Source: Anaerolineales bacterium (GTDB taxonomy: Bacteria > Chloroflexota > Anaerolineae > Anaerolineales > UBA4823). From it: a stretch of DNA of 64,000 nt. Positions within the stretch are counted from its first letter, which is position 1. The number at the start of each line of letters is the position of its first letter. Below are positions 47,408-58,617 of this stretch, piece after piece. The notes below the pieces were generated by a model that saw only the letters and a list, made by a program, of their open reading frames with translations, made no database searches and was not told the origin of the DNA. Made by a program: the position numbers and the translations under genes. Where the stretch lies: positions 72,499-136,498 of the forward strand of contig PQAL01000036.1 in the NCBI GenBank assembly GCA_003105035.1, written 5' to 3'.

Positions 47408-47851
47408 ATGGCAAAGAAAACCAGGAACATCATTTTGGCGATCATCATTATTGGTGTGGCCCTTTTTGTGATCATCCAGCTGGTACCTTACGGCAAGGAT
47501 CATGCGAATCCTCTCGTGGTCAGTGAACCGAATTGGGACAGCCAGCAAACCCACGACCTGGCCAGGCGTGCCTGCTTTGATTGCCACAGCAACGAGACGA
47601 TTTGGCCCTGGTACTCAAATATTGCCCCAGTATCTTGGCTAGTCTATCATGATGTAGAAGAAGGGAGAAACCGGTTTAATTTATCTGATTGGCAGAATTC
47701 TTCTCCACCCGATGCAGGTGAATTCTCAGAAGTGATTTCTGAAAGCGAGATGCCGCCCTTCCAATATCTGCTCATGCATTCATCTGCCAAGCTGAGCGCG
47801 GTTGAAAAAGAACAGCTAATCACCGGTCTCCAAAAATCCCTCGGTAAATGA
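47408..47851 (+). CDS. membrane-anchored haem-binding-domain protein (CXXCH)
   Basis: An N-terminal TM helix is followed by CFDCHSNET and [11 protein letters not shown], a Haem_bd-like pattern. The stop overlaps the first possible glpK ATG (ATGA). Confidence 0.65.
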   Translation: MAKKTRNIILAIIIIGVALFVIIQLVPYGKDHANPLVVSEPNWDSQQTHDLARRACFDCHSNETIWPWYSNIAPVSWLVYHDVEEGRNRFNLSDWQNSSPPDAGEFSEVISESEMPPFQYLLMHSSAKLSAVEKEQLITGLQKSLGK

Positions 47852-49374
47852 TACGTCAAAGTATGAAAAAGTATATTGCTGCCATCGACCAGGGGACTAC
47901 CAGCACGCGTTGCATCCTCTTTGATCATGCTGGGCTTATCGTACATGCTGCACAGCGTGAGCACCAGCAGATCTACCCCCAACCTGGCTGGGTCGAGCAT
48001 GACCCATGCGAAATTTGGGAGCGTACCTGCCAGGTTATCCAGGAAGTCCTGGCTGTCAGCAAGGTGCAGCCGAGCGAGATTGAAGCTATCGGGGTGACCA
48101 ACCAGCGCGAGACCACCCTGGTGTGGGACCGGCTGACTGGGAAACCTCTATCCAACGCCATCGTCTGGCAGGACACCCGCACGAAAGAAATCTGTGATCA
48201 GCTTGCTGCAGATGGAGGGCAGGACAGGTTCAGATCCCGTGTGGGATTGCCACTCACCACCTACTTCTCCGGTCCAAAACTCCGTTGGCTGCTGGATCAT
48301 GTTCACGGCCTGCGTCAAGCTGCGGAGCAAGGTCAGGCGTTGTTTGGCAACATCGACACCTGGCTGATCTGGTGGCTGACCGGCGGTCCGGATGGTGGCG
48401 TGCATGTGACCGATGTGACCAATGCAAGCCGTACCATGCTAATGAACCTGGCAACCATTGATTGGGATGACGAAGTCCTGCAGGTAATCAAGATTCCCAA
48501 AAAGATGTTACCCAATATTCGAGCCTCCAGCCATGACTCAGCCTACGGGGTTGCCTCCAGCACAGGCCCATTCCAGGCAAATATTCCCATCTGTGGTGAC
48601 CTGGGGGACCAGCAAGCAGCCATGATTGGCCAGGCTTGTTTCAGCCCTGGTGAAGCGAAAAACACCTACGGAACGGGTTGTTTTATGTTAATGAACACTG
48701 GGGCTCACCCGGTCCAATCTCAAAAAGGGTTATTAACCACACTGGCATATCGATTTGGTCAAAATCCTCCCACCTACGCCTTGGAAGGTTCCGTAGCCAT
48801 CACTGGGGCGTTGGTCCAGTGGATGCGCGATAACCTGGGTTTGATTCAAAAGTCAGCGGATATTGAAATCCTGGCCAGATCGGTTGAAGATAGTGGCGGG
48901 ATCTATTTTGTACCGGCATTTTCCGGATTATACGCGCCCTACTGGCGGTCAGATGCCAGGGGAGTGATCGTTGGCTTGACCCGATATATCAATAAAGGCC
49001 ACCTGGCCAGGGCAGTCTTGGAAGCTACTGCCTACCAGAGCCGCGAGGTTTTGGAAGCGATGGAAGTAGATTCTGGGGTCAAGCTACGCAGCCTTAAAGT
49101 TGATGGCGGCATGGTAGGCAACGACTTGTTGATGCAATTTCAAGCTGATATCCTGGGTGTAGAGGTTGTCCGGCCTCAAGTAGCGGAAACGACAGCCCTG
49201 GGAGCTGCATACGCAGCCGGTTTAGCAGTTGATTTTTGGGATAGTCTTGACGATTTACGTGCTAATTGGCAGGTCAGTCATACCTGGGAACCGGCAATGG
49301 ATGAAACCAAAAGAGCGGCTCTTTACAAAGGCTGGTTAAAAGCGATCCAGCGAACTTTTGATTGGGTAGAGTAG
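47848..49374 (+). CDS. glpK: glycerol kinase
   Basis: [30 protein letters not shown] and DGG are present. Length is ~500 aa. ATG 47863 is an alternative start. Confidence 0.95.
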   Translation: MIRQSMKKYIAAIDQGTTSTRCILFDHAGLIVHAAQREHQQIYPQPGWVEHDPCEIWERTCQVIQEVLAVSKVQPSEIEAIGVTNQRETTLVWDRLTGKPLSNAIVWQDTRTKEICDQLAADGGQDRFRSRVGLPLTTYFSGPKLRWLLDHVHGLRQAAEQGQALFGNIDTWLIWWLTGGPDGGVHVTDVTNASRTMLMNLATIDWDDEVLQVIKIPKKMLPNIRASSHDSAYGVASSTGPFQANIPICGDLGDQQAAMIGQACFSPGEAKNTYGTGCFMLMNTGAHPVQSQKGLLTTLAYRFGQNPPTYALEGSVAITGALVQWMRDNLGLIQKSADIEILARSVEDSGGIYFVPAFSGLYAPYWRSDARGVIVGLTRYINKGHLARAVLEATAYQSREVLEAMEVDSGVKLRSLKVDGGMVGNDLLMQFQADILGVEVVRPQVAETTALGAAYAAGLAVDFWDSLDDLRANWQVSHTWEPAMDETKRAALYKGWLKAIQRTFDWVE

Positions 49375-49418
49375 TCGATTCCTTTTACTTTGCACCATCC
49401 TAACTATGAGGTAATTCC

Positions 49419-52364
49419 ATGCGGCAAATTCAGACAGATGTCCTGGTGATCGGTGGAGGTGCAACCGGCACTGGTGTCCTCCGCGATTTAGCCATGCGCG
49501 GCTTTCAGTGCGTGCTCATCGAACGCCGTGACCTGGCATATGGCACAACGGGGCGATACCATGGTTTGCTGCATAGCGGTGGGCGTTATGTGGTCAAAGA
49601 CCCCCAAGCTGCCCGGGAGTGTATTGAAGAAAACCAAATCCTGCGCCGTATCATGCCACAATGCATCGAAGACACGGGTGGTTATTTCGTGCTGACACCC
49701 CAAGATGACCCTGCTTACGTTCCCTTATTCTTATTGGGCTGTAAAAACGCGGGTATTCCGGTCGAAGAAATCCCCATTCCTGAGATGCTGAAAACTGAGC
49801 CGTTAATGGATGCTCATATCCAGCGTTGTTTCCGCGTGCCTGATGGGTCAGCCGATTCCTTCCTGGCTGCAGAGCTGAATGCCCAATCGGCGGTTGAATA
49901 CGGCGCACAGCTGCTCTTATACCACGAATTTACCCGTCTACTTTTCAAAGAGAATTCATCAAATAGCTCCGTAATTATTGGAGCAGTTTGTCAGAACATT
50001 GTAAAAGACGAAGAAGTACAGATTTATGCCAGCCTGGTTGTCAATGCCTCCGGCGCCTGGGCAGGCAAGGTCGTGCAGACTGCCGGAGTCGAGCTGGTCA
50101 TGGTCCCCGGAAAGGGCACCATGGTTGCATTAAACCATCGTGTGGTCAACACAGTCATCAATCGCTGCAAGCTGCCTGCCGATGGCGATATCCTTGTCCC
50201 TGCCCACACCGTGGCAGTCATGGGTACCACCGATATTAAGGTTACCGACCCTGATCACTATGCCATTGAACCCTGGGAAATTCGTTTGATGTTGGATGAA
50301 GGCGAAAAGATCATTCCTTGTTTCAAGCAATTCAGGATTCTTCGTGCATGGGCAGGTGTTCGTCCATTAGTCCAGACTTCAGGCACGACAAGTGATCGTG
50401 ACATCAGCCGCGGTTTCGTCTTGCTTGATCATGCCACCCGCGATGGCATGGAAAACCTCGTGACCATCACGAGTGGAAAATGGACTACATACCGGAAAAT
50501 GGCACAGGAGACGGTGAACCTGGTCTGCCAGAAGCTTAAAGTCGACCAACCCTGCCGGACACACCTCGAACCTCTCCCACCAAATAATGGACACCCCGCG
50601 TACCATCAGTCGGGGCATCGGCTGGAACAGATTGAGCATGAATATTCCTATGGTCAACTGATGTGTGAGTGTGAGCTAGTAAAGGTCGACGAAGTGCAAC
50701 ACTCGATTATCCAATCCAATGCCGCCACGCTGGATGATATCCGCCGGGATACCCGCCTAGGGATGGGTCCGTGCCAGGCAGCGTTTTGCTCATTGCGGGC
50801 AATGGGGATGCTACACACCCTGAGAAAGCCCCCCGTGGAAATGACCAACGTCTCCTTGCGCGATTTTCTCAATGAGCGTTGGAAGGGTAATCTACCGATC
50901 CTATTTGGCCAGCAGCTACGCCAGGCACGTTTCAATGAATATGTCTATATAAACGTACTCAATGCTGATCATCTACCCGGTGAAAGTGCATCGAAGCTGG
51001 CTGCGGAGACATATTCGGAATCCTTTACCCAGCCCACCGTGGTTGAGCCCAGTCTACCTCTGGAGGGTAACTATCCTCCTTCTACTCATCATTTACAGCC
51101 TCAGGATGTGCTCGTCATTGGCGCAGGTCTGGCTGGCCTTACTACCGCCTGGCAGCTTGGTGAACATGGAAAACACGCTAAGGTGATCACTCGGGGCTGG
51201 GGTGCTCATTACTGGGGAACTGGTTGCATCGATATCATTGGCTACGCACCGCCTGATTATCAGCTACGGATTGACTCCCCATCCAAATTCCTGGAAGAGT
51301 ATTTAACGTCCAACCCTGATCACCCCTATGCACTGGCCGGATTGGCTGCCCTGGAAAATGCAGCCGATGCTTTCCTGGCGTTATGCCGGGAGGCTGGTTA
51401 CCCGTACAGCGGTTCACTCGATAAGAATATCCTGCTCGCCACTTCCCTGGGTACTTTACGACCGACTTGCCTCGTCCCGGAGACGATGATGGCTGGTGAT
51501 TGTTCAGAGAACACACCCATGTTGATTGTGGGGTTTGATAGGTTTTTTGATTTTTATCCTTCTCTTATCGCTGATAACCTGTCTTTCCAGGGGATCCTCG
51601 CTCAGGAGCTCGTTCTCGAGTTACCTTCGTTACGAAAACGCAAATTTGTTACCGCCATGGTTTTGGCGCGTTTATTTGATGACCCTGCCTTCTGCCAGGA
51701 AGTTAGCGATGCAATCAAGCCACGTTTAGGAAGTGCAGGTCGGGTTGGTTTCCCGGCTGTGCTGGGACTGAAGGATGCTCACACTGCGATTCAGCACCTG
51801 CAGGCTTCTCTTGGGGTACCGGTGTTCGAGATTCCCGGCATGCCTCCTTCGATTCCCGGCATCCGCTTACAAAATATCCTGGTATCTTCCATTGAGCAGC
51901 GCCATGGCGTTGTTTCAAACGGCATGCTTGCAACTGATTCTACTAATGACGGTACATCTATTTTATCGGTTCATACGGAAGCAGCTGCACGCCATGTCGA
52001 TCACCTTGCCAAATCATATGTCCTCGCCACGGGCGGCTTCCTGGGTGGTGGAATAACCAGCACCAATAATGTCTATGCGCAAGAGCCCATCTTTAATTTA
52101 CCCATCACTCCAAGCCCAGCCGAACATCCTTACCAAAACCAATTCATTTCACCCCCAGGCCATCCGCGCTTCCGTACCGGGATTCGCATCGATCACACGC
52201 TTCAGCCCACCGACCAGGCTGACCACCCACTCTATTCCAACCTCTACGCAGCTGGCTCACTTTTCCATGGATGCGATTCCGTGCGCGAGCGTAGCCTCGA
52301 AGGCATCGCACTGGCTACCGCATTTCGAGTCGCAGAAGTGATCTCGAAGGAACGTGAATCATGA
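49419..52364 (+). CDS. glpA: anaerobic glycerol-3-phosphate dehydrogenase, fused GlpA-GlpB polypeptide
   Basis: The N-terminal half has DVLVIGGGATGTG and the BFD-like 2Fe-2S segment CECE...GPCQAAFC (GlpA). After a low-complexity linker a second FAD fold starts with DVLVIGAGLAGLTTA...VITRG (GlpB-like). The whole 981 aa is one open frame. Confidence 0.85.
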   Translation: MRQIQTDVLVIGGGATGTGVLRDLAMRGFQCVLIERRDLAYGTTGRYHGLLHSGGRYVVKDPQAARECIEENQILRRIMPQCIEDTGGYFVLTPQDDPAYVPLFLLGCKNAGIPVEEIPIPEMLKTEPLMDAHIQRCFRVPDGSADSFLAAELNAQSAVEYGAQLLLYHEFTRLLFKENSSNSSVIIGAVCQNIVKDEEVQIYASLVVNASGAWAGKVVQTAGVELVMVPGKGTMVALNHRVVNTVINRCKLPADGDILVPAHTVAVMGTTDIKVTDPDHYAIEPWEIRLMLDEGEKIIPCFKQFRILRAWAGVRPLVQTSGTTSDRDISRGFVLLDHATRDGMENLVTITSGKWTTYRKMAQETVNLVCQKLKVDQPCRTHLEPLPPNNGHPAYHQSGHRLEQIEHEYSYGQLMCECELVKVDEVQHSIIQSNAATLDDIRRDTRLGMGPCQAAFCSLRAMGMLHTLRKPPVEMTNVSLRDFLNERWKGNLPILFGQQLRQARFNEYVYINVLNADHLPGESASKLAAETYSESFTQPTVVEPSLPLEGNYPPSTHHLQPQDVLVIGAGLAGLTTAWQLGEHGKHAKVITRGWGAHYWGTGCIDIIGYAPPDYQLRIDSPSKFLEEYLTSNPDHPYALAGLAALENAADAFLALCREAGYPYSGSLDKNILLATSLGTLRPTCLVPETMMAGDCSENTPMLIVGFDRFFDFYPSLIADNLSFQGILAQELVLELPSLRKRKFVTAMVLARLFDDPAFCQEVSDAIKPRLGSAGRVGFPAVLGLKDAHTAIQHLQASLGVPVFEIPGMPPSIPGIRLQNILVSSIEQRHGVVSNGMLATDSTNDGTSILSVHTEAAARHVDHLAKSYVLATGGFLGGGITSTNNVYAQEPIFNLPITPSPAEHPYQNQFISPPGHPRFRTGIRIDHTLQPTDQADHPLYSNLYAAGSLFHGCDSVRERSLEGIALATAFRVAEVISKERES

Positions 52365-53659
52365 GACTGCCTTCTTCGATCGACAACTGCGCTGGTAATA
52401 CTACCTTTCAACGATCACCGGTCATTTCACTGGATCAATGCATCAAGTGCAACATATGCACCACGGCTTGCCCTGTATCGGCAGTGACCGACCTGTTCCC
52501 CAGTCCCAAGTATGAAGGCCCGCAAGCTGAACGCTTCCGTTTACCAAGCCAGTTATCACCTGATCAATCCGTGGATTATTGTACCGGTTGCCGGGTATGT
52601 AACATGGTCTGCCCGAATGGAGTGAAGATCGCCGAGTTGAATGCCCGGGCACGTGCCGCCATGGTGAAAAGCGGCAAGGTTCCCCTCCGATTGCGATTGC
52701 GGAATAACCTGGTTGCCCGGGCTGAGCTGCTTGGGAAGGTTGGCCTACCCATCGCTCCTGTTGCGAACACCCTGCTTTCCCTAAAACCTGCCCGCCAGTT
52801 CGCTGAATTTGCTCTCTCCATCCACCACGACGCACCCTTGCCTTCCTTTAGCAGGCACCGTTTCACGACCTGGTTTCACAAACGCCAAAACCCCCTGCGT
52901 TCAGCTAGAAAAGTTGTCTACTTCCACGGGTGTTCTACCCAATACTACGAGCCACGCGTCGGTAGGGCTGCCGTTCAGGTCTTGGAGCGCAACGGTTTTG
53001 AGGTTATCGTGCCAGCCCAAAACTGTTGCGGTCTTCCGCTGCTATCCAACGGGGAATTTCCCGCTGCCCGCAGGTATCTTCAGAGCAACGTCCGTCACCT
53101 GGTTGAGTATGCCCGCCAGGGGATACCGATTATCGGCACCTCGACGAGTTGTTCGCTGACCTTGAAAGAAGAAGCCCCAGAGCTGCTGGACATGCATGAC
53201 GAAGACACCCGGCTGGTCGCAGAGAACACTTATGACTTCAATGAATTCATGTTATCTTTGTTGGATCAAGGTCTGCTCGATACCGACTTAAGTCCGATCC
53301 CCTATACCCTGGTTTACCATATCCCCTGTCAGTACCGTGGCCACCGCATCGGTAAACCTGGCCTGCCCTTGTTGGGCTTGATCCCCGGGCTAAACATCAT
53401 CGATAGCCGCGCAGATTGCTGTGGCATCGCTGGCACGTACGGCTATAAAAAAGAAAAGTATGCCATATCAATGGATATCGGCCAACCACTATTCGATTTC
53501 ATAACCCATTCCTACCCTGAGAGTCCGCTCGTAGTATGTGATAGTGAAACCTGCCGCTGGCAGATCACTCACGCCACCGGGAAACCGGCAATTCACCCGG
53601 TCGAGCTGCTGGCACAGTCTTACGGCATTGGTGCGATTACCGGTTTGATCACATCTTAA
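52361..53659 (+). CDS. glpC: anaerobic glycerol-3-phosphate dehydrogenase subunit C
   Basis: Two ferredoxin motifs (CIKCNICTTACP and CTGCRVCNMVCP) and two CCG domains (NCCGLP, DCCGIAG) are present. The gene has a 4-nt overlap with glpAB. Confidence 0.9.
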   Translation: MRLPSSIDNCAGNTTFQRSPVISLDQCIKCNICTTACPVSAVTDLFPSPKYEGPQAERFRLPSQLSPDQSVDYCTGCRVCNMVCPNGVKIAELNARARAAMVKSGKVPLRLRLRNNLVARAELLGKVGLPIAPVANTLLSLKPARQFAEFALSIHHDAPLPSFSRHRFTTWFHKRQNPLRSARKVVYFHGCSTQYYEPRVGRAAVQVLERNGFEVIVPAQNCCGLPLLSNGEFPAARRYLQSNVRHLVEYARQGIPIIGTSTSCSLTLKEEAPELLDMHDEDTRLVAENTYDFNEFMLSLLDQGLLDTDLSPIPYTLVYHIPCQYRGHRIGKPGLPLLGLIPGLNIIDSRADCCGIAGTYGYKKEKYAISMDIGQPLFDFITHSYPESPLVVCDSETCRWQITHATGKPAIHPVELLAQSYGIGAITGLITS

Positions 53660-53674
53660 TTTATCGGATATTTT

Positions 53675-54892
53675 GTGCACAACCCTTTTGCTTTATTAAA
53701 AGAATACCCACGCCAGTTCAGGCTGATGTTCTATGGCATGCTGATCAGCACGATTGGCTCATCCATGATATGGCCGTTCCTGATGATCTATGTCAAAGAA
53801 CGCGTCCAGCTACCCCTCACCCAGGTTGCCAGCTTGATGACCTTCAATGCTATTGCCGGCATCATTGCATCATTGATCGCCGGGCCAATCACCGATCGGG
53901 TTGGGAGGAAATGGGTCATGGTCGTCAGCCTGGTCGGTAATGGCCTGGTGTACTTTTTCATGATCAATGCCCAAACCTATTTGCATTTCGCCCTGCTTCT
54001 ATCGCTCAGTGGTACATTCAACCCACTCTACCGGGTAGGGGCAGATGCCATGCTAGCAGACCTTATCCCGGCTGAGAAACGCCCAGATGCTTATGCCTTG
54101 ATCCGCCTCAGCAACAATGCCGGGATTGCCCTTGGACCAACCATCGGCGGATTCCTATCGTCAATCTCGTTTTCGATTACTTTTTACTGCGCAGGGGCAG
54201 GGATGATCGCCTACAGCCTTCTACTAGCCTTCCAGGCACATGAGACGTTGCCAGAACAAGCCGGGTTCACCGAAGATCTAGTAGGCATGTTTAGAGGTTA
54301 CCTGCGAGTCCTGCGCGATGCGCACTTTTTATCCTTTATCGGTGCTTTTATCCTGGCCCAGATGTGCGCAGTGCTTATCTGGATATTGATGCCTGTCTAT
54401 GCCAACAATAACTTTAATGTTCCAGAAAGCCTGTATGGGTTTATCCCCACCACCAATGCCTTGATGGTCGTATTCCTGCAGGTCTTCGTTACAAACCGCA
54501 CCAAGCGCTATCAGCCTGCACCAGTGATGATGCTTGGTACTTTCTTTTACACGCTCGGTGTTGGCAGTGTCGCTTTCGGTCACTCGTTCATCGGTTTTTG
54601 GATCAGTATTGTGATCATGACCATCGGTGAGCTTATTTTGATGCCTACCGCCTCAACCTACGTGGCTTCCCTCGCGCCCCCCGATATGCGCGGTCGTTAT
54701 ATGAGCATCGCCGGTCTCACCTGGCCTGCCGCTGCCGGTATCGCCCCTCTCATGGGAGGTTATCTCAATGACAATATTGCTCCAGTTGCCATATGGTATG
54801 GTGGCTTTTTAGTCGGCATTGTCGGTATCCTTGGTTTTTATTTCCTTTCTAAACGACGACCAGCACCCCAGCCTTCTCTTGTTTCTGATTAA
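53675..54892 (+). CDS. MFS transporter
   Basis: About 12 TM segments. The MFS loop motif GPITDRVGRK lies between TM2 and TM3. Confidence 0.85.
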   Translation: MHNPFALLKEYPRQFRLMFYGMLISTIGSSMIWPFLMIYVKERVQLPLTQVASLMTFNAIAGIIASLIAGPITDRVGRKWVMVVSLVGNGLVYFFMINAQTYLHFALLLSLSGTFNPLYRVGADAMLADLIPAEKRPDAYALIRLSNNAGIALGPTIGGFLSSISFSITFYCAGAGMIAYSLLLAFQAHETLPEQAGFTEDLVGMFRGYLRVLRDAHFLSFIGAFILAQMCAVLIWILMPVYANNNFNVPESLYGFIPTTNALMVVFLQVFVTNRTKRYQPAPVMMLGTFFYTLGVGSVAFGHSFIGFWISIVIMTIGELILMPTASTYVASLAPPDMRGRYMSIAGLTWPAAAGIAPLMGGYLNDNIAPVAIWYGGFLVGIVGILGFYFLSKRRPAPQPSLVSD

Positions 54893-54942
54893 TGGATATC
54901 TAGTAAAATTAACTACATAATCATTGTTGAGGAGAACAGAAA

Positions 54943-56253
54943 ATGAAATCTTCATCAAGATACCGTTGGGTAGTGGTAGCAATCTTTTTCTTATTCACCC
55001 TTCTGCACCAGGCAGATAAGCTCCTGATCGGACCAATGACGGAGATTATCATCCAGGATTTCAATATCACGATGACCCAGATGGGTTTGGTTTCTACCGG
55101 CGCTTTGATCGTTGGTGCCATTTTTTATCCGATCTGGGGCTATTTATACGACCGCTTCGCCCGGCCAAAATTGCTGGCCTTAGCATCGTTTATCTGGGGT
55201 GCCACCACCTGGTTGAATGCCATCGCTCCTACGTATTCTGCTTTTCTGGTCACGCGCTCATCGACCGGTATCGACGATTCCAGCTATCCCGGCATGTACA
55301 GCCTGATATCTGATTATTTCGGTCCAAAACTACGCGGTAAGGTCTATGGTTTATTACAATTTACCCAACCCCTGGGATACCTTGTGGGCATGGTGCTTGG
55401 TCTGCTGCTGGCGGGTGTTATTGGTTGGAGAGGGGTATTCTATATCACTGGCTCATTAGGCGTGCTCATGGCGTTCGTAATCTTCTTCGGAGTCAAGGAC
55501 GTTCCCCGCGGGCAAAGTGAACCCGAAATGGCCGGTGTTGAAATCCAGGGCCAGTATAAGTTCAGCTTGCGAACAGCCGGTAGACTGTTTACAAAACCCA
55601 GCCTGTTGATCCTGTTTATCCAGGGTTTTTTCGGCGTCTTCCCCTGGAACGCCATCACCATCTGGTTTTTCTATTATCTTGGCTCCGAACGGGGTTTTGA
55701 CTCTAACACACAACTGATCGTAATGGTCATTGCGGTGCTTGTCCTGGCGATCGGTTATCCGATCGGTGGCACCTTGGGCGACTTCTTCTTCAAACGTGAT
55801 CGGCGCGGTCGATTGTATGTATCCATGGTCGGTGTGCTCCTGGGAGCAATCTTCCTTTACTTTTGTCTGAACGTACCCAATGAAGATGTGCTCCTGTTCA
55901 CCATCATGCTGGCTCTGACTGCCCTGTTCATGCCTTGGGCATCGCCGAACGTAATATCAACGGTTTACGATATCACCCTGCCAGAAGTTCGCAGTACTGC
56001 CCTTTCCATCCAATATTTGATTGAATCAGCCGGTGCAGCCACAGCACCATTGATTGTCGGCCTGATCGCTGACCAGTCTTCACTAAAAAATGCATTCTTG
56101 ATCATCTGCATCGCCACCTGGGTATTGTGCGCTGGCTTCTTCGTAGTTACCTCCTTATTTATCCGCAAGGATATCAGCGTATTACGCGATGAGATGTCGC
56201 GCCGTGCTGAGCAGGAAAAAAGCCACCAGCCAGGCCTCGAGGAAGTCGCCTAA
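54943..56253 (+). CDS. MFS transporter (Spinster-like type)
   Basis: About 12 TM segments, with the motifs WGYLYDRFARPK and GDFFFKRDRRGR. Confidence 0.8.
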   Translation: MKSSSRYRWVVVAIFFLFTLLHQADKLLIGPMTEIIIQDFNITMTQMGLVSTGALIVGAIFYPIWGYLYDRFARPKLLALASFIWGATTWLNAIAPTYSAFLVTRSSTGIDDSSYPGMYSLISDYFGPKLRGKVYGLLQFTQPLGYLVGMVLGLLLAGVIGWRGVFYITGSLGVLMAFVIFFGVKDVPRGQSEPEMAGVEIQGQYKFSLRTAGRLFTKPSLLILFIQGFFGVFPWNAITIWFFYYLGSERGFDSNTQLIVMVIAVLVLAIGYPIGGTLGDFFFKRDRRGRLYVSMVGVLLGAIFLYFCLNVPNEDVLLFTIMLALTALFMPWASPNVISTVYDITLPEVRSTALSIQYLIESAGAATAPLIVGLIADQSSLKNAFLIICIATWVLCAGFFVVTSLFIRKDISVLRDEMSRRAEQEKSHQPGLEEVA

Positions 56254-57624
56254 GTGAAGCTCGCCATCATCGGTGCAGGAGGGGTACGAACTCCCCTGCT
56301 CGTTCAATCAATCTTGAAACGACAGGCTCGCCTCGGTATCACCGAGCTTAGCCTGATGGATATTGACGCTGAGCGGCTGGAATTGATCGGAGCGCTCACA
56401 TCACCCATTGAGGATTCGCCAGACACCAGGTTCCATATCACCCGTACCACTGATCCGTGTCTCGCCCTATCCGCTGCGGATTTCGTGATCACCACCTTCC
56501 GCGTAGGTGGAATCGAATCGCGTGTCATCGATGAGACGGTGCCGCTAAAGTACGGTGTTCTCGGCCAGGAGACTACTGGTCCGGGTGGTTTCGCCATGGG
56601 CCTTCGCTCGATTCCCGTGCTTTTGGATTACGTCAGGCTGATGCATGACGTCTGCCCAGGGGCATGGCTGATCAACTTCGCCAACCCATCTGGAATGCTC
56701 ACCGAAGCAGTCATCCGTCACGGCAATTGGCCTCGCATCGTCGGCATTTGCGATGGGCCATCGAGTATCCACGAATTAATAGCTGCGGTATTGGGAAAAA
56801 GCCCTCAAGATGTTCACCCGGATTACTTCGGACTGAACCACCTCGGCTGGATTCACAGCATCACCACAGACAATCACGACCGTCTGCCAGAATTGATGGA
56901 ATTAATCAAATCAATGGGCACCGTGCCGGGAATGCCATTTGATGCGGATTTCATCACCAGCCTGGGGATGATCCCAAATGAATATTGTTATTACTATTAC
57001 TACAACAAACAGGCAGTCAACAATATCCTCCAGGCAGGTGAAAGCCGTGGCGAACAGGTTGCTCGAGAAAATCTCAAGTTATTCGCAGCATTGAAAGAAA
57101 AGCATCAGGCTCAGGATTTCGATGGGATGCAATCGCTTTACCATGAGTATCTGGAACGGCGGGGCAGCAGCTACATGGTAAAGGAGACCGGTAGGTCACA
57201 TGACCTGTCATTTCTTCCGCCAAATATCCTCGCGCCGATCGGTTTGGAAGGATATGCCGGTGTAGCCCTAAATCTCATTGAAGCATTGAATAGTTCTGCA
57301 CCGATGGTTCAAATAATTAATATTGCTAACCATGGTGCCATCCCCACACTCGATGACCAGGATGTCGTGGAAATACCAGTACTTGTCAGTACTGATCATA
57401 TTCAACCGATGCCGGTTGGCAATATCCCGCCACATTGCATGGGCCTCATCCAGCAGGTCAAGGAATATGAGCATCTGACCATCCAGGCAGCAGTGGAAAA
57501 TTCTTATTACAAAGCGCTCCTGGCTCTGACCATTCATCCCCTGGTGCGCGATTATTCTATCGCCAGGTTGATCCTGGATGAATATCTTGCCCAGCACCGA
57601 TCGTATTTCCCGAGCTTGCACTAG
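56254..57624 (+). CDS. glycoside hydrolase family 4 (NAD/Mn-dependent 6-phospho-glycosidase type)
   Basis: The N-terminal Rossmann motif is KLAIIGAGG. GQETTGPGG, NFANPSGM, the ICDGP cysteine motif and GLNHLGW are present. Confidence 0.85.
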   Translation: MKLAIIGAGGVRTPLLVQSILKRQARLGITELSLMDIDAERLELIGALTSPIEDSPDTRFHITRTTDPCLALSAADFVITTFRVGGIESRVIDETVPLKYGVLGQETTGPGGFAMGLRSIPVLLDYVRLMHDVCPGAWLINFANPSGMLTEAVIRHGNWPRIVGICDGPSSIHELIAAVLGKSPQDVHPDYFGLNHLGWIHSITTDNHDRLPELMELIKSMGTVPGMPFDADFITSLGMIPNEYCYYYYYNKQAVNNILQAGESRGEQVARENLKLFAALKEKHQAQDFDGMQSLYHEYLERRGSSYMVKETGRSHDLSFLPPNILAPIGLEGYAGVALNLIEALNSSAPMVQIINIANHGAIPTLDDQDVVEIPVLVSTDHIQPMPVGNIPPHCMGLIQQVKEYEHLTIQAAVENSYYKALLALTIHPLVRDYSIARLILDEYLAQHRSYFPSLH

Positions 57625-58617
57625 ATGGCCTATGATTTTGACGTAATCATCGCCGGGAGCTACTCTGCCGACTTGATATTCACTGGCATGCAGGGGTTGC
57701 CTCAGCTTGGCATGGATACGGTCGGTTCTGATTTTTTAATGACCCCTGGTGAAGCCTATATCTCAGCTGTCAGCATGCACCGGTTGGGAGTAAAGGTAGG
57801 CTGGGCTGCCGACTTTGGTAATGATGATTTCAGCTTGTTCGCGCTCAAATGTGCCCGTGAAGAAGGCCTGGACGAAACCTTGTTTATCCATCATGACCGA
57901 CCCTACCGACGGATATCCGCGGCCGCTTCTTACCCGGAAGATCGCATGTTTATCACCTATTACGATCCTGATCCACAGGTCCCTGCAGTCATCCCAGCAT
58001 TAGTCAAAAACCGTGCCAGGGTGCTATATCTCCCTGGCCTGTATACGGGAAAGCTGCTCAGTGCAGGTAAAAAATTGGTCAGCCGGAAGGGAATGCAATT
58101 AGTGATGGATGGAAACTCCTCGGTGGGAGATATCACTGGAAAATCACGCCAGAGCAGCCTGGTGAGGCAGGCTATCCGAAGTGCGGATATCTTCCTACCC
58201 AATGCGCTCGAAGCCCGGCGATTGACCGGGGATCAAGACCTGGCGATCGCTGCCTGGCGTCTTGCTGAGCATTGTAAGAACGTGATAATCAAGGATGGAC
58301 CCAACGGTTCATTGGCGTATGTAGCTGGCCACATTTATACAATGCCAGCCATCCCCGTCAAGCCTGTGGATACCACTGGAGCAGGCGATAATTTTAGTGC
58401 TGGCTTTTTGTGTGCCTGGCTGAATGGGCAGCCTGTCGATACCTGTTTAAAATGGGGAAACATCACGGGGGGTCTCTCTACCACAGCCACAGGCGGCACA
58501 TATCCGAAGATTACCCGCGATGATGTGCTTATATACCTGGAAAACTGGCCAGATAACTCCAGTGTCTCAACTGGTCACCGAAAACATGAGGAAAATTATG
58601 AAAATCGTGCACATTGA
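57625..58617 (+). CDS. PfkB family carbohydrate kinase
   Basis: The C-terminal signature DTTGAGDNFSAGF is present. Length is ~330 aa. Confidence 0.85.
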   Translation: MAYDFDVIIAGSYSADLIFTGMQGLPQLGMDTVGSDFLMTPGEAYISAVSMHRLGVKVGWAADFGNDDFSLFALKCAREEGLDETLFIHHDRPYRRISAAASYPEDRMFITYYDPDPQVPAVIPALVKNRARVLYLPGLYTGKLLSAGKKLVSRKGMQLVMDGNSSVGDITGKSRQSSLVRQAIRSADIFLPNALEARRLTGDQDLAIAAWRLAEHCKNVIIKDGPNGSLAYVAGHIYTMPAIPVKPVDTTGAGDNFSAGFLCAWLNGQPVDTCLKWGNITGGLSTTATGGTYPKITRDDVLIYLENWPDNSSVSTGHRKHEENYENRAH

